This document shows positions 54,815 to 63,999 of a stretch of 64,000 nucleotides of DNA, one piece after another. Both the position numbers and the translations under genes were made by a program. Within the stretch, counting starts at the first letter, position 1. Each line of letters begins with the position of its first letter. Source of the stretch: Candidatus Fermentibacteraceae bacterium (lineage in GTDB: Bacteria; Fermentibacterota; Fermentibacteria; Fermentibacterales; JCC-6); contig JAMOUX010000026.1 in the NCBI GenBank assembly GCA_027067855.1, forward strand, positions 16,473 through 80,472. The letters run 5' to 3'. Below the pieces are notes generated by a model that had not been told where the DNA came from, searched no databases, and was given only the letters and a program-made list of their open reading frames with translations.

Positions 54815-56362
54815 CTAATCCATCCATCCATCGTGCCACTTCCCTCCGCTGGTCAGGAGTTCGGACGTTCCGATGTTTTCTACGAAGTCAAACGCCCTGC
54901 CCAGGTTGAGAGAGATGTCCGATGCCGCCAGGGACCTTCTTGAAATTTCCGCGACGGCCATGTCTCCGGCGAGGCCGTGGAGAAAAGCTCCGGAGACGGC
55001 TGCGTCGAAGGGATCCATTCCCTGGGCCAGGAAGGAAGCCGTGATACCGGTCAATACGTCGCCGCTGCCTCCCGTCGCCATTCCGTCGTTGCCGGCTGGG
55101 ACGAGACATGTTCCCCTCTCAGGCTGGAACACCATGGTAGGTCGACCTTTAAGGAGTATGCAAGTACCGGTGGCCGCCGCCAGTTTCGCCGCCGCTGCGG
55201 AACGCTCCGGCAGGTTGGAAGGATCACAGTCACAAAGCCGGGAGAGTTCTCCGGGATGGGGGGTCAACAGTATGGGTCCGCGATATTCCTTCAGTCTCTT
55301 CCGGGGGTCGCCCAGCACGTTCAGAGCGTCGGCGTCCAGCACCAAGGGAACCTGCCAGTTCTCAAGGATGAAGTTCACTATTTTCGTCGTGGAAAGAGAA
55401 TCTCCCATTCCCGGGCCCACCGCCACGGCATCGTAACCGGAAGGATCCGGCAGGCTGCTGGGATCCCCGGGGAGAAAATAGGAACACAGCGCCTCGGGAA
55501 TCCTGCCCGCGACCAATTGGTGGATCGAAATGGGAACGGTCAGCGTGACCAGGCCTACTCCCGAACGCACTGCTCCCCGGGCCATGAGCTGGGGAGCCCC
55601 GGACATGATTTCCGATCCGCCCACAAGGAGAACCTTCCCGAAGGTTCCCTTGTGCCCGTCCACCGGTCTTTCGGGAAGGAACCCCGGTATATCCGCCGCC
55701 TCCGGAACCATTCTGTCCCTGGATGCATTCACGGGTATGCCGATGTCCGCGACGAAGACGGCTCCCGCGTAGCCGCACCCGGGAGGCAGAAGCAACCCGG
55801 CCTTGGGAGCTGCCATGGTGACGGTGACGTCGGCGGCGAGGGTGAGTGGATCCGCTTCACCCGTTCTGCAGTTCACACCGGACGGGGTATCCACCGCCAG
55901 TATCCTGCAGTGATAGTTATGCATACGGTTCAGGCACTGGGCGAAGACACCTCCGATTTCTCCCTTGAAACCCGTTCCCAGGAGGGCATCGATGAGGAGG
56001 ACGGGATTCTCCGTCAGGTCGGACAGCTTTTCCGGAGGAATCACTATGCCGCCGTCACCCACGAAGCGGGTCAGGTTGTTCTGGCATTCGGGAGAGAGGC
56101 TCTTCCCTCGTTCGGTGGCAAGAACGACATGGGCGTAGTAGGATCTTTCCCGGAGTTTTCGCGCTGCAACCAGGCCATCGCCTCCGTTGTTTCCGGGACC
56201 GGCGAACACTATCACGAAGCCGTCGTCCGGGGAAACCATTTTCATGGCGCGTCGGGCTACAGCTTCCCCGGCTCTTTCCATTAGAACATCCGCCGGAGTG
56301 CCGTTCTCGATGGCTCTCCTGTCATAGGCGGCCATCTCATCAGGAATGACCCAGTACTTCAT
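54815..56362 (-). CDS. nnr: Bifunctional NAD(P)H-hydrate repair enzyme Nnr (YjeF-N epimerase + YjeF-C dehydratase)
   Basis: FAGPGNNGGDGLVAARKL (YjeF-N) and the C-terminal carbohydrate-kinase-like domain GGSGDVLTG. Confidence 0.85.
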   Translation of the reverse strand: MKYWVIPDEMAAYDRRAIENGTPADVLMERAGEAVARRAMKMVSPDDGFVIVFAGPGNNGGDGLVAARKLRERSYYAHVVLATERGKSLSPECQNNLTRFVGDGGIVIPPEKLSDLTENPVLLIDALLGTGFKGEIGGVFAQCLNRMHNYHCRILAVDTPSGVNCRTGEADPLTLAADVTVTMAAPKAGLLLPPGCGYAGAVFVADIGIPVNASRDRMVPEAADIPGFLPERPVDGHKGTFGKVLLVGGSEIMSGAPQLMARGAVRSGVGLVTLTVPISIHQLVAGRIPEALCSYFLPGDPSSLPDPSGYDAVAVGPGMGDSLSTTKIVNFILENWQVPLVLDADALNVLGDPRKRLKEYRGPILLTPHPGELSRLCDCDPSNLPERSAAAAKLAAATGTCILLKGRPTMVFQPERGTCLVPAGNDGMATGGSGDVLTGITASFLAQGMDPFDAAVSGAFLHGLAGDMAVAEISRRSLAASDISLNLGRAFDFVENIGTSELLTSGGKWHDGWMD

Positions 56363-56381
56363 CGTTTTCCCTCCAGTCCGT

Positions 56382-56741
56382 TCAGGCCAGGAACACGACG
56401 GCTACCGCCGCTTTGGCAGTGCTGGCCACATCGACCAGTACCTTTCTTTTCCCAAGCAGGTTCAGGGATTTGCCGCTTATCACCGGCAGGAGATGTCCGC
56501 TTTCTCCGCGTGGCAGGGAGAAGTCCCGCCACCGTACACCGCCGGACAAGCCCGTGCCCAAAGCCTTGAAGAAAGCTTCCTTGGCGGCGAACCTGGTGGC
56601 GAGGAATACGATGTCTTCTCCACCCAGCAACTCCTCCCCGGTGAAAATCCTTTGCATGAAACGGGAACCGCCGCGTTCCAGTGCCCTGCGCATTCTTTCA
56701 ATATCTATCGTGTCGATTCCCTGGGATAATGTCGTCAGCAC
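56382..56741 (-). CDS. acpS: Holo-[acyl-carrier-protein] synthase
   Basis: GIDTIDIERMRRALERGGSRFMQRIFT...AAKEAFFKALGTG. The start is probably a GTG with an AGAGGAAA RBS. The N-terminal extension in the track is not credible. Confidence 0.65.
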   Translation of the reverse strand: MLTTLSQGIDTIDIERMRRALERGGSRFMQRIFTGEELLGGEDIVFLATRFAAKEAFFKALGTGLSGGVRWRDFSLPRGESGHLLPVISGKSLNLLGKRKVLVDVASTAKAAVAVVFLA

Positions 56742-56796
56742 GTTTCCTCTTCCCGGTGCGAAGATTTCTTTCGGAAAATAGTAATAGAGAAAAGAG

Positions 56797-57816
56797 CTAG
56801 TGGCAACACAAGGGAGAGAGACCGGAACCCGTCCACCTGGAAAAGGCGTTGCACTGCAAGGAAGAACGGGCCGAAGGATCGGAATCCAGTACGGCCGCCG
56901 CAGCCCGCCCCACCATGAGGGCGTTGTCGGTGGAATGTTCGACATCCGGCAGGAACAGCGGTATGCCCAGGAGGGCCGACGCCCGGGAAAGCCTGTTTCT
57001 CAGGAGGCTGTTGGCGGTTACTCCTCCCGCCGCCACCATGCTGGCGGCGCCGATTTCCCTGCACTGGTGAAGAAACTTGGAAACCAGGCTGTCCACCACC
57101 CTGAGCCTGAAGGATGCCGCGAGGTCAGCGGGATCGGCTCCCTTTTCCAGGGCGATTCTCGCCGCCGTCTTGAGTCCGCTGAAACTGAATTCCGGCAGGG
57201 ATGGATCATGGAGCGGGGAGGGGAGATGGACGGCGGAGGGGTCTCCGCGTTCCGCCAGCGCGTCGAGAGCCGCTCCCCCGGGATACCCGAGGCCCAGTAA
57301 CTTCGCGGTTTTGTCGAAGGATTCGCCGGCGGCATCATCCCTGGTGCATCCCAGCATGGTTATTCTTTCCCAGGAGTCCATTCTCAGCAGACAGGTATGT
57401 CCCCCGGATGCCAACAGGGCCGCGGCTGGAAATTTCACCGGTTTCCCGTAGTGCAGGAACAGGTGTGCCGCCAGATGATTGATTCCGAGGAAAGGTTTTC
57501 CCGAAGACCATGCAGCCGCCTTGGCCCAGGAAAGTCCTACGAGAAGAGATCCGACAAGACCGGGGCCCGCAGTGGCCGCGTACACGTCTATGGTGCCGGG
57601 GAAGTTCGGGACCCCGGCTTTTGCAAATACATCGCCGATAACGGAAGGAAGCGTTTCCAGGTGATTCCTGGATGCTAATTCAGGAACCACTCCGCCATGG
57701 GCCGAATGTACGTCCTGGTGACGGATCTCCTCGGCCAGGAGATCCGTTCCGTCCAGGAGGGCGACCGCCGTGTCGTCGCATGAAGTTTCGACGGCAAGTA
57801 TCTTCAAAGAGGTCAT
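56797..57816 (-). CDS. tsaD: tRNA N6-adenosine threonylcarbamoyltransferase TsaD
   Basis: ILAVETSCDDTAVALL...VVPELASRNHLE...GPGLVGSLLVG. Confidence 0.9.
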   Translation of the reverse strand: MTSLKILAVETSCDDTAVALLDGTDLLAEEIRHQDVHSAHGGVVPELASRNHLETLPSVIGDVFAKAGVPNFPGTIDVYAATAGPGLVGSLLVGLSWAKAAAWSSGKPFLGINHLAAHLFLHYGKPVKFPAAALLASGGHTCLLRMDSWERITMLGCTRDDAAGESFDKTAKLLGLGYPGGAALDALAERGDPSAVHLPSPLHDPSLPEFSFSGLKTAARIALEKGADPADLAASFRLRVVDSLVSKFLHQCREIGAASMVAAGGVTANSLLRNRLSRASALLGIPLFLPDVEHSTDNALMVGRAAAAVLDSDPSARSSLQCNAFSRWTGSGLSPLCCH

Positions 57817-58265
57817 TCCTCCTCGAGGGGGAGGATTTTCACCGCCAGATCAGCCCTTATCTCACCGTATACCTTGACCTGTATCTTGTAGTCGCCGATG
57901 TTCTTGAGGTGTTCGGTCATGATGATCTGCCCCGCATCCACATCGAAACCGGCGTCCTTGAGATGCATGGATATGTTCTTTTCATTGACACTGCCGTAGA
58001 GATGTCCGTTTTCATCGGCGGACGCCCTGATCTCGGCGGTGTGATTGTTGAGGCGCCCTGCGAGATCCTTGGCCTCGGAAATGGTCTTTTCCCGCTCGGA
58101 GAGAGCTTTCGCCCTGTATATCTCGGCCGATTTCACCGCTGCGGGCGAAGCCTTGATCGCCAGATTCCTGGGGAAAAGATAATTTCTTGCGTAACCGTCC
58201 GAAACCTCGACGACATCACCGCCAAGGCCCAGGTCCTCGACGCTCTTGATAAGAAGGACTTTCAT
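57813..58265 (-). CDS. rplI: 50S ribosomal protein L9
   Basis: Internal ATG. MKVLLIKSVEDLGLGGDVVEVSDGYARNYLFPRNLA. Confidence 0.9.
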   Translation of the reverse strand: MKVLLIKSVEDLGLGGDVVEVSDGYARNYLFPRNLAIKASPAAVKSAEIYRAKALSEREKTISEAKDLAGRLNNHTAEIRASADENGHLYGSVNEKNISMHLKDAGFDVDAGQIIMTEHLKNIGDYKIQVKVYGEIRADLAVKILPLEEE

Positions 58266-58266
58266 T

Positions 58267-59157
58267 TCAAATCGTTCCTTTCCTTCGGGCTGCCATGCGC
58301 GCCCTGAAATCGTACCAGGTGTCAAGTATGCCTATCAGCACCAGGGACCCGAATAGTGCCGGTGGAAAGATTATGCCCGGCAGAAAAAAGATGAAAACAC
58401 CGGGACGGTGTTTCAGCAATCTTCCCATTACGGCCAAGCCCACTATGGTGTAGGGTACGAGCATGAAGATACCCACGTTCAGAGCCGCCCCGGCGACGGC
58501 GGATGGAACGTGGAACAGATAAGCCGACATGCAGAGGATGAGTATCCATGCGGGAACCAGCCCCAGTCGCAGTTGCCCGTTATCTTTTTCCTCCGGCCAT
58601 GCTTTTCCCGCAGGTTCGGTTCCGGTTTGACGGTGCCTTCTTCCGCATATGATTCGTGCGGTTATCGAAGCGACAATGGTGCCGGAAACGGTCCACGTGG
58701 CCAGGGTGGACGGCAGAAGGCGGATAAAGGTGTCCACTGCGGAGTTTATCTCGGATTGGCTCATGCCCGCCGACTTATACAGTCGGATAACGGTAGCCAT
58801 GCTCTCCGCCGACCACGGTGAATGCCGGGGTACGATCAGTATGCCCAGCAGGAAGGCTATGAAAGCCGCTGCCGCCGCCGCCGCGGTCGCGGCGGTGAAA
58901 TCCAGTCCCGCTTTCGAAGCTCCCGCCAGCACTCCCGCTCCGGCTGCGGCCGTCAGTGCGCCGGGGAGGCCTGTGAACAGAAATACGAGAAGAAGCGTTC
59001 CCAGGGCGAGAATCGTACCGGTTCGCGAATTCCTGCACGCGAATGACGATGCCATGAAAGCCATGCCCGCGTAAGGCAGTCCCAGGAAGAACAGGAGTAC
59101 CCAGAGGACCACCAGGCCGAAGGTGCCTGTTCCCTTTGCCGTTCCGTTCCCCGACAT
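58267..59157 (-). CDS. Hypothetical polytopic membrane protein between rpsR and rplI (position as for YybS/DUF2232 in Firmicutes)
   Basis: Multi-TM, Ala/Gly-rich. The start was set at an internal ATG to avoid a 62 nt overlap with rpsR. Confidence 0.35.
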   Translation of the reverse strand: MSGNGTAKGTGTFGLVVLWVLLFFLGLPYAGMAFMASSFACRNSRTGTILALGTLLLVFLFTGLPGALTAAAGAGVLAGASKAGLDFTAATAAAAAAAFIAFLLGILIVPRHSPWSAESMATVIRLYKSAGMSQSEINSAVDTFIRLLPSTLATWTVSGTIVASITARIICGRRHRQTGTEPAGKAWPEEKDNGQLRLGLVPAWILILCMSAYLFHVPSAVAGAALNVGIFMLVPYTIVGLAVMGRLLKHRPGVFIFFLPGIIFPPALFGSLVLIGILDTWYDFRARMAARRKGTI

Positions 59158-59170
59158 ATTTCCGGCAAAC

Positions 59171-59428
59171 CTACCTGTAATGTTCCCGGACGTATGGAAT
59201 GATGGCGAGAAACCTCGCCACCTTGATCGCATTGGCCACCCGCCTCTGATGCTTGGCGCAGTTTCCCGTAACTCGTCTCGCCACTATCTTGCCCCTGTCA
59301 GAAACAAATCTCTCCAGGAGTTTCTCGTTCTTGTAGGAAATCTCGAGACTCGGGTTCGCGCAGAACCTGCATTTCTTCTTGCGGCCGAACTTGCCGCTCT
59401 TCTTCTTGATTCTTTTCTTCGACGCCAT
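59171..59428 (-). CDS. rpsR: 30S ribosomal protein S18
   Basis: Internal ATG with a GGAAGGAAG RBS. MASKKRIKKKSGKFGRKKKCRFCANPSLEISYKNEKLLERFVSDRGKIVARRVTGNCAKHQRRVANAIKVARFLAIIPY. Confidence 0.9.
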   Translation of the reverse strand: MASKKRIKKKSGKFGRKKKCRFCANPSLEISYKNEKLLERFVSDRGKIVARRVTGNCAKHQRRVANAIKVARFLAIIPYVREHYR

Positions 59429-59448
59429 GATGTCTTCCTTCCGAAGTT

Positions 59449-59790
59449 CTAGTTGCCTGTATTCAGAATCGTGAATCCGGAGGCCTTGACCACCATCCTG
59501 TAATGTGTCCTTTTGGATCTGTCCACGAACGATCTGCTTACCAGCCGTCCCTCCACCAGGATGAACGATCCCCTCTTCAACCTTCTGTAAGCGCTCTCGG
59601 CCAGGTTTCCCCATGTTTCGACATCCAGCAGGTACTTCCCGGACCGGTCCGGGACATCGGAAAGGATGTTCTCCATGCTGAATACGAAGTGGAATATCCC
59701 CAGGTTCGTCGTCTTCAGGTCTCCCTTCTTTACGACCTCACCGGTAAGCGCCACGTAGTTCAGTTCCGGCGGGCGGCTGGGAACGGTCAT
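59449..59790 (-). CDS. SSB-fold (OB) paralog lacking the acidic C-terminal tail, PriB-like primosomal protein candidate
   Basis: 113 aa. NYVALTGEV...GIFHFVFSMENILS...RGSFILVEGRLV...VVKASGFTILNTG aligns by eye with E. coli PriB NRLVLSGTV...GIPHCQFVLEHRS...VGSRITVQGFI...VLHAEQIELIDSG. Sits between ssb and rpsR, as priB does in E. coli. Confidence 0.5.
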   Translation of the reverse strand: MTVPSRPPELNYVALTGEVVKKGDLKTTNLGIFHFVFSMENILSDVPDRSGKYLLDVETWGNLAESAYRRLKRGSFILVEGRLVSRSFVDRSKRTHYRMVVKASGFTILNTGN

Positions 59791-59796
59791 GGTATG

Positions 59797-60231
59797 TCAG
59801 AAGGGGATGTCATCGTCGGGTATTCCCTGGTCACGACTGTTTTTAGATGCTTCCGAATCGTCGTCGAAAGAGGAACCCTGGTTCTTTTTTTCAAGGAACT
59901 GGATCCTTCTCGCATTCACCTCCAGGCGGCTTCGCCTGTTGCCGTCGGAATCCTCCCACGAGTTGTACACGAGTTCACCTTCCACCAGGACGGGAGATCC
60001 CTTCCTGCAGTATTCGCTTACGAGTTCCGCCGTTTTCCTCCATGCCACGACATCCACGTAACAGGTCTTTTCCTGCCATTCGCCGTTACGGTCGCGATAA
60101 CGCTGGTTGTTGGCGATGGACATTCGGGCCATGTGAGTTCCGTTTTCCAGGATCCTCGTATCAGGATCCCGCACGAGATTACCGGAGATTATCACCTTGT
60201 TGATGCTGGGCATCCTGAGTTCCATGGTCAT
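59797..60231 (-). CDS. ssb: Single-stranded DNA-binding protein
   Basis: NKVIISGNLVRDPD... OB fold and a C-terminal DDDIPF tail. The ATG overlaps the rpsF stop (ATGA). Confidence 0.9.
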   Translation of the reverse strand: MTMELRMPSINKVIISGNLVRDPDTRILENGTHMARMSIANNQRYRDRNGEWQEKTCYVDVVAWRKTAELVSEYCRKGSPVLVEGELVYNSWEDSDGNRRSRLEVNARRIQFLEKKNQGSSFDDDSEASKNSRDQGIPDDDIPF

Positions 60232-60587
60232 CCTTCCGCCATAGATGAATCTTCTTCGGTTTCCTCCACGTCGCCGAAGTCCGTCTGTGCGCCGGTGCCG
60301 TGGTTCTCGTTGCGCAGGGTTACGAAGCGAAGGCAGTTCTCGTTTATCTTCAAGTACTTGTCAATGGCATCTATGACGTTGTTCTCACCGCTCCACCTGA
60401 GGAAGTGATAGATTCCCTCGGTCTGTTTCCTTATGGGATAAGCCAGGATACGCCTGGTCCATCTTTCGGTGTTTCCGTAGGTGCCGCCTTCCTTTTCGAT
60501 GATTTCCACGACCCTGTCGTGTTCCCCGTTGGTTTCCGATTCGGGGACGTTGGTGGTCCATATTATCACGGTTTCGTATTCTCGCAA
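60228..60587 (-). CDS. rpsF: 30S ribosomal protein S6
   Basis: MREYETVIIWTTNVPESETN...ILAYPIRKQTEGIYHFLRW with an acidic C-terminus. TTG start with an AAGGAG RBS 7 nt upstream. Confidence 0.9.
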   Translation of the reverse strand: MREYETVIIWTTNVPESETNGEHDRVVEIIEKEGGTYGNTERWTRRILAYPIRKQTEGIYHFLRWSGENNVIDAIDKYLKINENCLRFVTLRNENHGTGAQTDFGDVEETEEDSSMAEG

Positions 60588-60848
60588 GTCGAACTCCTTT
60601 CGGTTTTAACACATGCCGCGTGCCACCGGAGGCGGAGTTCCGCTAAGGAGGGAGTCGCTTCCGGTCCGCCGCGGCCTGCGACGGGCTGCAAGTACAGCAA
60701 ACGACCAAGTGATTATTTGAATAAATCCGTTGCAGGTCAAGGTTCTGCAACGAATTTCCCATCGAGTCATGATTCGGTATGATCGAGATGACCATGAAAA
60801 CGAGAAAAAGCGGGCTTCCGGGCCTGTTTTTCGGAACGGCGGCGTTTC

Positions 60849-63152
60849 TTAATGCATGATTATCGTTTGCCTGGTCAGCGTACCGTCTTTGGAGGAAAGT
60901 CTCACGAAGTAGACTCCGCCGGCCATATCAGAATCCGGGATCCAAGTGAAAATATGTCCGCCGGCTTCGACGGAGCCGTCCAAAAGGGTCTCGACCACTC
61001 TGCCGGTCACGTCATAAAGGCTAATGACGACGTGTTCGGTCGAAGGGACGCTGAATCCGATGGAGGCCTTGTCGGAAACCGGGTTCGGGTACGGAGTATC
61101 CAGGGAGAACGCCGGCGGGGAGGAGCCGTCCGCGGAAATCCCGGAACCGACGATGACGTAATCCCGGTCGTAGATGTAATCGTGCTTGAAAGCGCCGAAG
61201 TTCACGGTGGCACCTTCGCTCGGTATGGTCACGTTGAAAGTGACCCGGCCCGAAGCGTCGGTGGTTCCTTCCTCGTAGATGGTCATGCCGCCGTCATAAC
61301 CATCCACTCCGTCGGTGACGGTCACGTCCACTCCCTCGACGGGGGCGCCGTCGGCGGTGACGGTGACGGTAACGTCCTGGTTCCCGGGATAGAATGAAGT
61401 AGGGTGATCCATCACCAGTACCCGGGGCTCGCCGGCCTGATCGAAGGTCCAGACATCCATCGCCGGGTCGCCGAACCAGATGTACATCTTTGCGTTGGCT
61501 TCTCCGTAGATTCCGTGGATCCCTATAATGGTCACCAACGCCGCGTTGAGAGCTTCGCTGATTCGATAGTTGCCGTTATCATAAATTTCCTTGAATATCT
61601 CTTTTATATAGTCGTGGTTGGGTTCGGTGTAGGAAGGGGCGGTGGCCGCCACGTTTCCGCCGGCCCCGCCGTCCGCCCACTGCCAGGCCTCGGCCAGGCA
61701 GGTTGAGTTGTCGGTATAGGAGCCGCAAAGACAGGCTATGTTGAACACGAGGGGCATGAAGGTGTTGGTCAGAGCATTGATTTTGTCCTCGTTCCAGCCC
61801 GGCGACCAGGTCCATTTTGTGACGTTGCCGTGACCGCGATAGGTCACCGTGCCTATCTTATTGTTTATTCCGTCGGAAAGCATTTCGGCGGTGCCTCCCT
61901 CGGGTGGATATATCTTATTGAAGGTGAAGTCGATAAGACTATACTCGTAGGCGGCGAGTTCGTTCATGCACTTGGTGTACTTTTTGGGATATTGTTCCCC
62001 GTGGGCCGCCAGTATCGCTTCGCTGGGAATTATATCGGCGGTATTCACGTTATCGAAGTCGGAGTAGTTACAGTATCCATCGATGATCTTCGTGACCTGG
62101 TGCTTGATCTGCCTCCGGTTTCCGGTGAGTCTTCCCACGGCCAATTCGGCATAGATGTCGTCGTCCATGCAACCGTACCAGTAGTCTCCCACGTAATCGG
62201 CCTTGCTCCAGGTGTAGGAAGGCAGTTCGTCGTGGGTTCCGACTATGCAGACGAACCTCGTGACTCCCGAGGTGTAGTCGCCTGTTATGGCATCCTTTAT
62301 TTGGCGGATATTTGCAGGGGTCGGAAGGGTTTCCACCTTGACGCGAAGACCCAGAAAATGATGCATCCGGAAAAGATCGGCGACCCAATCGGCACTGTTC
62401 TCGGTGCAGATGAAAATGAATTCCACTCCGTCATCCGTGGCGCCTTCCAGCGGGGAGGCTGTAGCTTCAAAGACGTCCCAGTTCATGATGTTGCGCCGCA
62501 TAGAAGGAATCAGGGAAGGAGTGACCGGATCGGCGATCTTTTCGATGTTTCCCCGGAAATCCACCCTCAGACGGATTTTGCTTGCGACTTCCAGCGTTTT
62601 CACTGCGGGGTCGTACCTGAAGGGGGTTACCACAAGCCTGGAAACATGAAGGCCGGACCAGGTTCCGGGATAGTCGACTCCGGCCCATGTCTCGGGATAT
62701 GCACGGTCGCCGCGGTAGAATTCCTCGTCTTTCACGAAGGGGAACGGATCGTGGTCCATGTCGATCTCGGGGGTCTGCCGCGGTAAAACGTCGATGTTCT
62801 CGTAGGAGGTGGAAGTTATCTCCTCGATGGTTACCACGGCTTCCGTTCCGAAAGGAAGGGCGAATATCCCGGTCACCGAGGGAAGGTCCGGAAGGCCTTC
62901 CGGACCCTGGGCGTAGCAGCCGGGAAGCTCTACGATATCCCATACCCGTCCGCCGCCGGGTTTCTTGGTGAGCCGGAAACCGGGAATCGAAACTTCCACC
63001 ACCATATGATTAAGGTCCGATTCCAGCAGGGTCACCGCGGGCGTGGCACCGTCGACGTCCCCGAAGGACTGCCAAGCGGAGAATCCCCCTATACCCGAAG
63101 TCGGCATGACCACCGAAACGATAATGAAAAGGATGATAAAAATGAACTTCAT
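60849..63152 (-). CDS. Secreted peptidase C25 (gingipain-like) family protein with type IX secretion (T9SS)-type C-terminal sorting domain (TIGR04183-like)
   Basis: Signal peptide MKFIFIILFIIVSVV. Candidate catalytic motifs YRGHG and FNIACLCGSY (a His/Cys dyad, as in gingipains). Ig-like region. C-terminal YPNPVSDKASIGFSV...VISLYDVTGRVVETLL...GGVYFVRLSSKDGTLTRQTIIMH. Confidence 0.65.
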   Translation of the reverse strand: MKFIFIILFIIVSVVMPTSGIGGFSAWQSFGDVDGATPAVTLLESDLNHMVVEVSIPGFRLTKKPGGGRVWDIVELPGCYAQGPEGLPDLPSVTGIFALPFGTEAVVTIEEITSTSYENIDVLPRQTPEIDMDHDPFPFVKDEEFYRGDRAYPETWAGVDYPGTWSGLHVSRLVVTPFRYDPAVKTLEVASKIRLRVDFRGNIEKIADPVTPSLIPSMRRNIMNWDVFEATASPLEGATDDGVEFIFICTENSADWVADLFRMHHFLGLRVKVETLPTPANIRQIKDAITGDYTSGVTRFVCIVGTHDELPSYTWSKADYVGDYWYGCMDDDIYAELAVGRLTGNRRQIKHQVTKIIDGYCNYSDFDNVNTADIIPSEAILAAHGEQYPKKYTKCMNELAAYEYSLIDFTFNKIYPPEGGTAEMLSDGINNKIGTVTYRGHGNVTKWTWSPGWNEDKINALTNTFMPLVFNIACLCGSYTDNSTCLAEAWQWADGGAGGNVAATAPSYTEPNHDYIKEIFKEIYDNGNYRISEALNAALVTIIGIHGIYGEANAKMYIWFGDPAMDVWTFDQAGEPRVLVMDHPTSFYPGNQDVTVTVTADGAPVEGVDVTVTDGVDGYDGGMTIYEEGTTDASGRVTFNVTIPSEGATVNFGAFKHDYIYDRDYVIVGSGISADGSSPPAFSLDTPYPNPVSDKASIGFSVPSTEHVVISLYDVTGRVVETLLDGSVEAGGHIFTWIPDSDMAGGVYFVRLSSKDGTLTRQTIIMH

Positions 63153-63294
63153 ATGGGGCTCCTTCTATGCATATATCATATATACTCTAACTTATTATGG
63201 GAATCGTCGTTCGCGGGCAATATCGAGGGAACGACGCTAGTCACCGGCGGGACAGGGAGTATATTCATATACATACAACAGAAAGGAGATGTAC

Positions 63295-63999
63295 ATGAAA
63301 AAACTGCTTGTTCTCTTCATTTGTACCGGGGTCGCCTTCGCCGGTCTCAGAATAGGTGGAAGAATAGGTTACTACGACGGTAACGATCCCAGAACGAAAC
63401 AACCCTCTTCGGGAGCGGTGTACGGTGGTCAACTGGTTTTCCCTCTCCTGGGTCTGGCCGAGCTGGAAATAGCCGGAACCTACGCCGGAAGCGAAAGTGA
63501 AATCACCATGCAGCAGTACCTGGAAACGTACATAGAAGACGAGTACGGGGTGAGTTTCAAGGATGATACCGCCGGCCTCAAGGAGTACCTCGAGGATAAG
63601 TGGGGATGGTCGCCGGACAGCCTGGATTCACAACTCTTCGAGAATTACACCACTACGTTTCACGATATAGACCTGGGAGCGACGCTGAAGATCAAGTTTC
63701 CCATCGGGATGTTGCCTCTACACCCGTACATTGGAGGAGGAGCCGGCGCCCATGTGCTCTTCAGTGATGCGGACGTACTCATGCAGATCGCGGCGGAGCA
63801 GACCGGGGGGCGGTTCAGCATAGATCCTTATGATAAGATTCATCCGGGAGTGCATGGTGTCCTGGGCCTGTCTTTCGACCCACCCATCGTTCCCATCAGC
63901 GCCTTCGGCGAGTACAAGTACACGAAACCCCTGGGGGGAGGGAAGGACGAGGTCGACGGGATAAGCATGTTCCTGTTCGGTATTAACCTGGGGTTCTGA
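63295..63999 (+). CDS. Outer membrane beta-barrel protein (OmpW/OmpA-like porin family candidate)
   Basis: GAAAGGAG RBS 6 nt upstream. Signal peptide MKKLLVLFICTGVAFA. Gly/aromatic-rich. C-terminal ...GINLGF Phe terminus. Confidence 0.55.
   Translation: MKKLLVLFICTGVAFAGLRIGGRIGYYDGNDPRTKQPSSGAVYGGQLVFPLLGLAELEIAGTYAGSESEITMQQYLETYIEDEYGVSFKDDTAGLKEYLEDKWGWSPDSLDSQLFENYTTTFHDIDLGATLKIKFPIGMLPLHPYIGGGAGAHVLFSDADVLMQIAAEQTGGRFSIDPYDKIHPGVHGVLGLSFDPPIVPISAFGEYKYTKPLGGGKDEVDGISMFLFGINLGF

Noticed and set aside
60800-60830. A5-GCGGGCTTCCGGGCCTG-T5 read as a terminator downstream of the C25 peptidase gene.
   Set aside because: The central segment does not form a convincing complementary stem.
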